Shown here: positions 16,895 through 25,492 of the stretch, piece after piece
Layout of the letters: the number at the start of each line of letters is the position of its first letter
Numbering within the stretch: position 1 is the stretch's first letter
NCBI GenBank assembly: GCA_043811375.1
Contig: JBDRNJ010000005.1
Span: 1-36,948 of the forward strand
DNA: 36,948 nucleotides
Source: a bacterium
Lineage (GTDB): Bacteria > Zixibacteria > MSB-5A5 > GN15 > FEB-12
Reading direction: 5' to 3'
Program-made: the position numbers and the translations under genes
Notes under the pieces: generated by a model
Told to the model about the DNA's origin: nothing
Seen by the model: the letters and a program-made list of their open reading frames with translations, nothing else
Databases searched by the model: none

Positions 16895-18641
16895 TGCTTC
16901 TCACATCAGGGTTTGTGGAGGTCCGTACAGGCAATCGAAGTACGAATGTTGTACCCTGACCAACCTCGCTCTCAACGTCGATTATTCCTCCGTGGGAGGT
17001 TACAATACCATGGACGACTGACAGACCAAGGCCCGTTCCTTCATCAACGTCTTTTGTCGTGAAGAACGGGTCAAAAATCATTTTCTTTACTTCATTGCTG
17101 ATACCGACGCCGGTATCCCGGACGGTCATAACCACGTGATCGTTGCTACAGGCCGTAGTTATGTCGAGACGGCCACCTTCGGGCATGGCCTGCAGCGAAT
17201 TGACGACCAAATTGGTGAGTACCTGAAGTAGTTGCGAATGGTCGGCTGTGATCTCCGGCAAATTCTCGGATAAGTTGAGCGTTAATTCTATCCCCGCCTT
17301 GGTGCACCGGGACTGAAGAAAGTAGAGACCGTCTTTCACAACATCATTGAGGTTCATGGATGCCTTTTTCGAAGTTGTTTCCCTGGAGAATACGAGCAGC
17401 TTGGCTATGACCTCCCGGGCATGTAAGGATGCCGAAACTATTTTCTCTATATCACTTAGGGTCTGGGGGGACAGACTTTCATCCTTGGTTGCCAGTTGGG
17501 CGAAGCCGAGAATGTTTGCCAGCGGTTCGTTCAACTCGTGTGCCAGTCCGGCACCCAACTGGCCGATAGTCGCGAGCCGGTCGGCATGTCGCAACTGTTC
17601 CTGTAACTTCAACCTCTCCTTCTCAGCCTGCTCCTGCTCAACGATGACTGAGACCTCCTGGGCAACGGCGTCAATAAGATTGCGCTCTTCATGCAGAAAC
17701 GGACCTTCATCAAGCCGGGGCTTTTCCCAGATGTAGCCGACTTCAACAAAGCCCCGCCGTTCTCCATCCACCACTATGTCAGCTTTCAGGCTCTGGTTCG
17801 GTCTCCTGAAACCGCTGGTTGTAAAGGTGGCGTTTTCCAGGACTATCCGAGCGCAGCATACATCGGGATAGAGCCAACCGGGAGGCAGCAGTTCTACGGC
17901 CCTCTGCAACACCTCCTCCAAAGTGATCTCCGGTTGTGCTGCCAGCTTGGCAATTCCGTAGAGACAGGTCAACTCCTTGACCCGTTCCCGCAAAGCCACC
18001 TGCAGTCTGCGATGAGTGAGAGCAATCCCAAGGATTTGGACCGTAGACTCATATGATTCGACATGTTCCCCGGCAAACACACCAGGTGTTTCACTCTCTA
18101 ATTGCAACAGGCCGATTCGCTTCGGACCGGCCTCCACTGCGATCAGGGCCAGAGACCGGGTGTCTTTGTCGACACTGATGCCCAATCCCTGCTCCGTGTC
18201 ACGGCACTGAAAGCCCGGAATCGGCAAAGCCCGGGTATCGCCGGACCAGAAGCTGCCATGCTCAGTGAACCATGGCAATGAGGGATCGAAGCGCCGGTCC
18301 ACGATATCGCTGCACAACTGCTCCAGTGCCTCATCCTTATTTGAACACCAGGTGAATTTACCGCTCTGACCACTCGCCCGGGGTGACTCTTCAAACCTGA
18401 AAGCTCGATCGTTTTGGCGGCTTAACTCACAGCGATAGATGCGGTCTCGATCGAGTAGCACCAGTCTGACTGAATCGCACTTACAGAAATGAATCAGCGC
18501 CCGGCACACTTCCTTGAGGAACCGCGCCCGAGGAATACCGCTCTCGGCCCATTCCAGTATCCGATTGGATAGTGCCCGGAAATCCGTGGGTTGGCTGGAG
18601 CGACGCTGGTCCATATCGGCTTCTGATCTTCGCTTCTTCAT
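16887..18641 (-). CDS. Cytoplasmic sensor histidine kinase with GAF-like input domains
   Basis: AHELNEPL H box; NLVVNS, DTGVG, FDPFFTTK and GTGLGL boxes; no TM segments. The start could be 18614. Confidence 0.93.
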   Translation of the reverse strand: MKKRRSEADMDQRRSSQPTDFRALSNRILEWAESGIPRARFLKEVCRALIHFCKCDSVRLVLLDRDRIYRCELSRQNDRAFRFEESPRASGQSGKFTWCSNKDEALEQLCSDIVDRRFDPSLPWFTEHGSFWSGDTRALPIPGFQCRDTEQGLGISVDKDTRSLALIAVEAGPKRIGLLQLESETPGVFAGEHVESYESTVQILGIALTHRRLQVALRERVKELTCLYGIAKLAAQPEITLEEVLQRAVELLPPGWLYPDVCCARIVLENATFTTSGFRRPNQSLKADIVVDGERRGFVEVGYIWEKPRLDEGPFLHEERNLIDAVAQEVSVIVEQEQAEKERLKLQEQLRHADRLATIGQLGAGLAHELNEPLANILGFAQLATKDESLSPQTLSDIEKIVSASLHAREVIAKLLVFSRETTSKKASMNLNDVVKDGLYFLQSRCTKAGIELTLNLSENLPEITADHSQLLQVLTNLVVNSLQAMPEGGRLDITTACSNDHVVMTVRDTGVGISNEVKKMIFDPFFTTKDVDEGTGLGLSVVHGIVTSHGGIIDVESEVGQGTTFVLRLPVRTSTNPDVRSNG

Positions 18642-18873
18642 ACAGGTGTGTAATATACGTGCCCGGTATCTGAAGTGTCAACCAGAGTGGGGCTGCCCCG
18701 GGATTTTGATCATTTCACCTGCCGGAATCGATATCGACTCCGATCAGATTATTCTCATCGCTTGTCAACATGCATAATTGGTGGTTTTGAGCACTTTTTT
18801 ACAGCACTTCCTCTGCTGGTCCGACCGATGAGCCGGATAGGCCGGCGGTTTGACGGAGAGAGCAATAAAAGAA

Positions 18874-18908
18874 TGCGCCATCAGGGACTCGAACCCCGGA
18901 CCCGCTGA
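18874..18908 (-). repeat. Displaced 3' part of tRNA-Lys (attR)
   Basis: Minus strand TCAGCGGGTCCGGGGTTCGAGTCCCTGATGGCGCA is a diverged direct repeat of the 3' end of the tRNA at 20757-20829. Confidence 0.88.
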
Positions 18909-19037
18909 ACAAGCATCTGAGGGACAACACATTTGGTCGGAATCAGCAACATCTTTTGTTGATAGCCCAGCATCTCCTGCCTTAACTTTGTCTGTTATTA
19001 TTGTACTGACGCATTTATTTGTGTGTGAACTGAGGAG

Positions 19038-19391
19038 GTGAACACTATGCTGGAGAAACCGATCTATGTCAGTCCGTGCACGGCGAAAAGCCTGTGGCAG
19101 GAGTACTGCATTTATCCTGACCGAATCGAATTGAAAACCCACCTGGGTACGCTGGTAGTGCCGTTTTCCGCAGTTGAGAGCGTGCGGGTTTCTGAGTCCG
19201 ATCTGAAGGGGCTAATGCGGGGAGAACTGCAGTTGAAGAATTTCCGCCCGGCCCTGAAACTGGATTGGGCGAATTTTGTCGAACATGTCGTCATCGACAA
19301 GAGTGAAGGGAAAATCCGACGCATCCTGTTCACTCCCGATGACCCGGCCGGATTTAAGGAAGCCCTGGACAAGGCTCTCGCCCGGAAGTAG
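19038..19391 (+). CDS. Hypothetical protein, possibly PH-domain-like
   Basis: GAGGAGG RBS; beta-rich pattern ending ILFTPDDPAGFKEAL. The start could be ATG 19047. Confidence 0.65.
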   Translation: MNTMLEKPIYVSPCTAKSLWQEYCIYPDRIELKTHLGTLVVPFSAVESVRVSESDLKGLMRGELQLKNFRPALKLDWANFVEHVVIDKSEGKIRRILFTPDDPAGFKEALDKALARK

Positions 19392-19424
19392 TGCCGGCGC
19401 TATAATAATCTCAAGGTCCCCCGG

Positions 19425-20237
19425 TCATGCCGGAGTTAAAGGTTCGGCCTGGTTCCCTGGACCCGCTGGATAGAGTATAATTGAGGACTTGCAAACCCAC
19501 TCCAATCGAATATTCATCGATCGGATAAGCGGGTAAATGGGAACATTATCGAGCATCAACTTGTTACCCCACACGCTTTCAGGCACGAAATCTCTTGCGT
19601 AATTGCGGACCGCGTTATCCCAAGATTGCACATCCGGAAAGGGATCTCGCATTTCGTCTGCATTCAGAAACCCAAGATACACAAGTACAACCGGGATGCC
19701 GAGAGTCGCCAGCTTCCAACTCCACGCAAAGCGGTTACAGAGTTGGTAGTGGCTTTCATGAGACAAGTCCCAACCATCCTGGACCTTGTTGAGGCCGTCA
19801 TTGGCCGAACGAACGGCCACTCCGATTCGTTCGAAATTCTTCCTGGCACCACAACGATCTTTTTGCTTCAGCTCCTCATGATGCGCCTTGGCCTCAACCA
19901 GAAGTAAACCACGTTTGCCATCAATAGTGCAGGTGCTTGCGATGTCCCAGTTTGGTGTCACCGGATTGCGACCGGCAACGGCAAGCCACCACGACTTGAG
20001 CGCCTGACCGTACGGCTCTTCATCGAGCAAACGCTGCGCATTGTGCAACTGGGCTTCTTCAACAACATCGAAGCCTTGCGGCATCCACTTATCGGTCGCC
20101 GCAACCAAACCCCACGGGGCGATCAACCCGGTCAACCGCTCGGCGACCTGCTCGGCAGTGCCGTGCGTTAATAGATGGCAACGTGGCTTGCTACCAGTTC
20201 TATTATTCGGCTTCAGACTTTGTAATAAGTTGTTCAT
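19425..20237 (-). CDS. Hypothetical protein with a PD-(D/E)XK nuclease-like motif
   Basis: PNWDIA..GLLLVEAKAH..E and YQLCNR motifs. Probable ATG at 20237 after GGAAGGGG; the frame stays open to 20456. Confidence 0.6.
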   Translation of the reverse strand: MNNLLQSLKPNNRTGSKPRCHLLTHGTAEQVAERLTGLIAPWGLVAATDKWMPQGFDVVEEAQLHNAQRLLDEEPYGQALKSWWLAVAGRNPVTPNWDIASTCTIDGKRGLLLVEAKAHHEELKQKDRCGARKNFERIGVAVRSANDGLNKVQDGWDLSHESHYQLCNRFAWSWKLATLGIPVVLVYLGFLNADEMRDPFPDVQSWDNAVRNYARDFVPESVWGNKLMLDNVPIYPLIRSMNIRLEWVCKSSIILYPAGPGNQAEPLTPA

Positions 20238-20456
20238 CGGTATAACCCCTTCCGCTTTGGCCCTGTACAAAACGCTGTCCGAGTACCGGCCATTGTTGCG
20301 GGTGAACGCAAGCGGCATATTGGGCAGCGATTGAAAAGTGGCGGTTTTAATAAATGTATTATCGGTTTGAGACTGTCCATTAGCAAAGATGTGTGATGTC
20401 AGCACGCAGAGTGCCAAAAGACACGACCAATGTCTCACCTTCCCCTGATACAACAC
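20238..20456 (-). pseudogene. 5' fragment of a secreted-protein gene, in frame with the nuclease-like ORF
   Basis: Signal-peptide-like start, then MPLAFTRNNGRYSDSVLYRA, which resembles the N-terminus of SBBP-repeat surface proteins (recalled pattern). Confidence 0.45.
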
Positions 20457-20756
20457 CTGTACCCATTTTTTATAGGCGTGCTTTCAAAGTAACTATCCAT
20501 ATGTAACCTCCTTTTATTCATCTGTCGACAGATTGCTGAATACGGATAACCCGACGGAAGTTTCTGCATGATAATTGCGCTTGAGTCGCAGAGATTGCTG
20601 TCAATAAGGCTCTCATCAAGCAGGTGCCTGAAGAAGAGCCGGCAGACTCGAATCCGTCCGTTTATGGTGGTTGGGCTGACTCTGTCTATGATTGAGTTTA
20701 GAATTTATTATGCTGCTGATAACTTATTGAGAAGCAACGAACTACCAATAAAAAAA

Positions 20757-20829
<73 letters not shown>

Positions 20830-21043
20830 ACTAGCAAGCTAGATTTATTTCTTTCCGTTTCTTTCCAACCCGCCGTTAAGGCGGCCGCCGCCAATCAGAT
20901 GCTGACCGGCAACGTCCCGAATATAAGAAGCCTCAAAAGAAAGGCAAGCAAATTTCAACCGGCAACATTCCCCGGTCATTTCAGGTGAAATAGTGGCCCC
21001 AGACCAAGCTGCCGTCAAAGATGCACCGCCGGTATTTCTCCAA

Positions 21044-21388
21044 TCAAGCTCCCCGGTTGGGAACGATACAGATGAACTCGAAGTCGTCGCTAAAGGGATT
21101 CTCAAACTGGTGTTCGGTGTTGGGCGGCACCAGGGCGAAGTCTCTGGGTTCAAGATCGAAGACCTGCTCACCGATACGCAGGCGGGCTCGACCCTTGATG
21201 ACATAGTTGATATGTTCCCAGTCGTGCTGGTGGCGGGGCGTGCAGCCGCCCGCTTTGATCTTAAACAGCCGCAGCGTGTAATCGGACCAGCCCTGTGGCG
21301 GTCCGATGACATCGGCCTTGAGAACGTGGCGAACACCATCCATCTCAATGTCGGACAGGTCTATCTGGTTGTACTTTATCACCGGCAT
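21044..21388 (-). CDS. Cupin domain protein
   Basis: TPRHQHDWEH and VPPNTEHQF motifs; ATG 21388 after GAGGAGG. Confidence 0.9.
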   Translation of the reverse strand: MPVIKYNQIDLSDIEMDGVRHVLKADVIGPPQGWSDYTLRLFKIKAGGCTPRHQHDWEHINYVIKGRARLRIGEQVFDLEPRDFALVPPNTEHQFENPFSDDFEFICIVPNRGA

Positions 21389-21437
21389 GAGTTCCTCCTC
21401 GGTTTGCAGCAGTATACACACCGGTTGCCCCGTATGC

Positions 21438-21472
21438 AAAAAAAGACCCGCTTTCTTTAAGAAAACGGGTCT
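21438..21472 (-). terminator. Intrinsic terminator after the Arg-rich protein gene
   Basis: AGACCCGTTTTCT-TAA-AGAAAGCGGGTCT stem followed by a T run on the minus strand. Confidence 0.75.
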
Positions 21473-21514
21473 ATAAGGAAATGTTCCTGAGTAATCCTAT
21501 TCAGGACGTCCCAT

Positions 21515-21910
21515 TTAGCGTTTCCTGCGAATGGTGCGTCGCGGCGTACGGGTAGTCATGCCGGAACGCGTCTTCCAGGTACGTTTGGTCCGGGACGAAC
21601 GCGGCTTGGCGGTCTTGCGGGAAGGGGTCCAGCGCTTGGCCGGCGTGAACTTGAAAGCCGTGGGGCTTCCCTTCTTGCCTCTCCAGACCGACGGAGAGGA
21701 CTTGCGGATGTGCAGATCGACAGCTTTGTAACGAATGGAATAAACTGTGCGACCTAACTGACGGGCAATCCATGCTGTCTCGTAGTTCCGATAGTACTTG
21801 CGCATGAACGCAATCTCTTCTCTGACCCACGGACGTGCAAATCTGCGCGACGGCGTCCGACGCGGCCAGTTGGTACGACGCGTCCTGTTACTGGTTCTAC
21901 GCATAGCCAT
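21515..21910 (-). CDS. Highly basic protein: Myb/SANT-like HTH core with Arg/Lys/Thr/Ser-rich tails
   Basis: W.REEIAFMRKYY..AWIARQLGRTVYSIRYKA core; AAGGAG RBS; own terminator. Confidence 0.75.
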   Translation of the reverse strand: MAMRRTSNRTRRTNWPRRTPSRRFARPWVREEIAFMRKYYRNYETAWIARQLGRTVYSIRYKAVDLHIRKSSPSVWRGKKGSPTAFKFTPAKRWTPSRKTAKPRSSRTKRTWKTRSGMTTRTPRRTIRRKR

Positions 21911-22354
21911 ATCCTACTCCTTATGTGAGACGTTAGTGATTACGAACAAAGACTATGGCCAAGTCGATGCCCGCCGCTCTTAATTGTCTAAGAGATATCA
22001 TCGGTCCTTTCTTAAGATACTTGACCTCAAGCGGTTAAGTTTTTTTCTGACGTTGACAGCAACAGCGCTAAGGCTGGTGGTGTGAAATAGCAAAATCGAT
22101 ATCAACAAAACCGGTAACAAATTAATGAAGACATAATTCGTCACTGGTGATGGACCGGTCCTGCTGTGCCGACCCCATACCGATCCCAGTAATACCCTGA
22201 CACACAAGCAGTTGCGGTTACTTTAGATTGTCCGTACAGAGAATAACCAATTGGCGATAGAAACTTCCGCCATAGTCGAACGGCAACTTTCGTTGTTGCG
22301 CCGGGACTATCTGTCGTTGTAGATTACGTTAGACTTGGGTGAAATAAGTACAGT

Positions 22355-23443
22355 ATGAAACGGGAACATCTATTAGTCGCTCTCTTTTTTCTGATTGCCG
22401 CTGTCTTTTTCTATCTGTTCTACCGAATCATCATTCCATTTTTTGCACCCATAGCCTGGGCGGCGGTGTTTGCCATCATCTTCTTCCCCCTGTATGAGTG
22501 GTTGTGTCGCAAAGTGAGGTCGCGCGGGGTAGCATCGTTGCTGGTGTGTTTGATCATTATTATCCTGATCATCGGTCCTGTTACCTACCTTTTTGCCGCG
22601 CTGGTGGATGAGGCCGCCGCTGCTGTGGCTAAAGTCAATGCCATGTATCTTAACGGCGAACTGGATAACATCCTGGCCTTTAAGATACCGTGGATGGACG
22701 CTGTCCGGGAGAAACTCAACCAGTACTACGATCTGTCACAGGTCAATCTCAATGAACTGATCAAGGATTCACTTGATAAAGTAACCGGCATCATCTTCAA
22801 CCAGACCAGTTGGCTGGTGACCAACGCCACCAAAACGGCCTTCTTCTTCGTCCTGATGATCTTCACCATGTACTACTTTTTCAAAGACGGCGAGAAGATC
22901 ATCCGCAAGATCAAGCGGCTGATGCCGATTCCGGAAGAGCAGGTCGAGTTGACTTTCGATCACCTGCGCGACGTCATCCAGGCCACCATGTACGGGGGCG
23001 TGGCGGTGGCTATGATTCAGGGACTGCTGGGAGGTATCCTGTTCGCTATCATGGGTATCCCGTCGGCGATCTTCTGGGGGGCGATCATGGCGTTCCTGTC
23101 GATCATCCCCTTCCTGGGCGCCTTCATTATATATGTGCCGGCCGGGATCATCCTGATATTGGGTGGTTCTTATGTTAAGGGCCTGGTCGTCATCGCGGTC
23201 GGTACGATTGTGATCAGCCAGAGTGACAACCTGATTCGCCCTTACCTTATTTCCGGGCGTACCGCCATCCATCCGCTGATGTTGTTTTTCGCCATCATCG
23301 GTGGTATCGCCCTGTTCGGGCTGTTGGGAATTGTGATGGGTCCGCTTGTTGCTGCGATCTTTGTGGCGTTGCTGAGAATCCTGGAGTTCAAGCTCCACCC
23401 CCCGATTGAACCACAGACGGTGCCCGACTCCGGCTGCGAGTAG
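22355..23443 (+). CDS. AI-2E family transporter
   Basis: Multiple TM segments; YYFFKDG, IIPFLGA, DNLIRP and IHPL..GGIALFGLLGIVMGP motifs. Confidence 0.93.
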   Translation: MKREHLLVALFFLIAAVFFYLFYRIIIPFFAPIAWAAVFAIIFFPLYEWLCRKVRSRGVASLLVCLIIIILIIGPVTYLFAALVDEAAAAVAKVNAMYLNGELDNILAFKIPWMDAVREKLNQYYDLSQVNLNELIKDSLDKVTGIIFNQTSWLVTNATKTAFFFVLMIFTMYYFFKDGEKIIRKIKRLMPIPEEQVELTFDHLRDVIQATMYGGVAVAMIQGLLGGILFAIMGIPSAIFWGAIMAFLSIIPFLGAFIIYVPAGIILILGGSYVKGLVVIAVGTIVISQSDNLIRPYLISGRTAIHPLMLFFAIIGGIALFGLLGIVMGPLVAAIFVALLRILEFKLHPPIEPQTVPDSGCE

Positions 23444-23552
23444 ACCGAGGACAAGAGGTACCCCACAGCATACTGTGGAACAGCAGTTGTATATGTCCAT
23501 AGTTTGTTTCACGGATCACAAAGAGGATCAACTAAAACAGGAGGAAATAACC

Positions 23553-24116
23553 ATGAAACGGTTAACATTCATTGCTGCCGTCATGGCGTTACTGTGGCTG
23601 GCCGGTTGCATTCCCACATCGTTGCATCCGTTGTACACTGAAAAAGACCTCGTCTACGAGGAGGCACTGGTGGGCAGATGGGTCGAGGAGGGTACAACCG
23701 ATACGGTTTTCTTTGTCCGGGACGGCGCCCGCAACTACACGATGACTATGACCGAGGACAGCGTCAGACTCGAGTTCAGCGCGCACCTGTTCAAAATCGA
23801 TGATAATCTGTTTCTGGACCTGTCTCCTGAGAGCGACAATCTCAAGTTGCCCGGTTTCCTCAAGGAACATCTGGCCCCGATGCACTCCTTCTATCGGGTC
23901 GAACAAATCGAACCGACCTTCAAGCTGTCAGGTTTGAGCGAAGACTGGCTGAGGGATTACCTTGAGGCCAACCCGGAGGTGATCGGCCATATGGCCACGG
24001 ATTACCATGTTATTCTCACAGCGCCCACCGCCGACCTCCAGGCTTTCATCAGCAAGCACGTCGATACGGAAGGCGCTTTTTCAGAGGAGACAGAGTTCCG
24101 GAAAGTGGGGGAATAG
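23553..24116 (+). CDS. Lipoprotein of unknown function
   Basis: AGGAGG RBS; lipobox in MKRLTFIAAVMALLWLAG-C; SLHPLY..LVGRW. Confidence 0.8.
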   Translation: MKRLTFIAAVMALLWLAGCIPTSLHPLYTEKDLVYEEALVGRWVEEGTTDTVFFVRDGARNYTMTMTEDSVRLEFSAHLFKIDDNLFLDLSPESDNLKLPGFLKEHLAPMHSFYRVEQIEPTFKLSGLSEDWLRDYLEANPEVIGHMATDYHVILTAPTADLQAFISKHVDTEGAFSEETEFRKVGE

Positions 24117-24364
24117 GGGGGTATCTGAAATCCCAGATTAGAGAATCGATTCGGTCGACAAGCTCCTGAAAGTAATCGAAAACATGTCGGTAGCGTCCGT
24201 CTATGTTTATTTCACTTTCGTACGGTTTCCATTACCCGGGGATCTGTCAAAAGTTTTCCGCAGCCAGTAGCGGGGAAGATGCTATCCGGCGAGAAAAGTT
24301 TGCACAATATCGGAACAATCCGTACCTTAAAACGCAACTGTACCGAAAGACACAGGAGGCAGAA

Positions 24365-25297
24365 TTGACCGGACATTGGTGTACAGCTTGTAGTTTCATA
24401 CTGATTCTCGTCGTGGCGATTAATCTCTTTCCTGCGGATTGTCGGGCTGACGGTTTTCAACTGGCGTCGTTCAGCTTTGAGCGGGTGCCCTCAGCCGAGA
24501 TCGATCTGACCGGTGTCGAAGAGGAAGAGCTTGAAACGGCAGCATCGACAACCACCACCAAGCTGGCTGTTCCGATCCCGTTGGCCGGACGCGAAACAGT
24601 CCTGTTGAATTTCATCACCCTCCGAGTACTGCATCAGTCCTACGGCAACATTGAGGCTGCCGATGTCGCGTTTCTCCCCAGCAACCTTTACACCATCAAA
24701 TACGGCCTGGTTTTTCACCAGACGCTGTCCGATCAGTGGTCACTCAACGTGCTGGTACAGCCGTCGTTGCTGACCGACTTTGTAGACGTGGACTCGGACC
24801 ACCTGATCCTGCGCGGCGGATTCGTGTTTGAACGAAAGGTTTCCGACAAGCTCAAGTACGCATTGGGGGGCGGTTATTCCGACGATTACGGTGACGAGAA
24901 GATCCTGCCGGTAGCGTGGCTAAAGTGGAAACCCTGCCCTAACTGGCATGTGAATTTCGATATTCCGCAGAAAATCGAGGTGTTACGACGAGTATCGGAG
25001 CGGGTGCAGCTTGGACTGGTCGGGAAGGCTACCGGCGCCCATTTCCGAATTGGGCAGGACACTCCCTTCAGGAACGGCTCCGACCACCGTGTGGGGCGCG
25101 TGAAGTATTCAATTGTCAACATCGGACCTGCTCTGGACTGGCGGATATATAATGGTGTTTGTCTGACGTTAAACGGCGGGACCAGTGTCTATCGTCGCTA
25201 TGAAGTATTCGACACCGATGGTGACAAGCTGGCCGCTACCGATTTCGAGAGCAGCATCTTCCTCAAGGCCACCGTCCAGTACAGCATTGGTGATTGA
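24365..25297 (+). CDS. Outer-membrane beta-barrel protein (DUF6268-like)
   Basis: TTG start after AGGAGG; signal peptide; amphipathic beta strands; C-terminal ATVQYSI. Family name is from recall. Confidence 0.65.
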   Translation: MTGHWCTACSFILILVVAINLFPADCRADGFQLASFSFERVPSAEIDLTGVEEEELETAASTTTTKLAVPIPLAGRETVLLNFITLRVLHQSYGNIEAADVAFLPSNLYTIKYGLVFHQTLSDQWSLNVLVQPSLLTDFVDVDSDHLILRGGFVFERKVSDKLKYALGGGYSDDYGDEKILPVAWLKWKPCPNWHVNFDIPQKIEVLRRVSERVQLGLVGKATGAHFRIGQDTPFRNGSDHRVGRVKYSIVNIGPALDWRIYNGVCLTLNGGTSVYRRYEVFDTDGDKLAATDFESSIFLKATVQYSIGD

Positions 25298-25492
25298 CAC
25301 CAACGACCAGGCGCGTCTGAGCGAGTTACCGTCAAGTCACCCCACCTAAAGGTCAATCTTCCTCTTGCTTGCCCCTTTCACATTAAGAAAAGAGAACTTC
25401 TTGGTCTGATGTTCGTCTACATAGTATTAAATGCCCGAACCACGCCATAATAATGGCAAAACCGATCATGCCAGCCCGGGAGGAAAAACAGT

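Noticed and set aside
18675..19041. Short ORFs spanning the tRNA-Lys repeat, and similar ones at 4701-4955 and 20568-20795
   Set aside because: They read through tRNA-derived sequence and are artefacts.
23406..24364. Extended N-termini of ORFs 23406 and 24203
   Set aside because: Better starts exist at 23553 and 24365, each with an AGGAGG RBS and a signal peptide.
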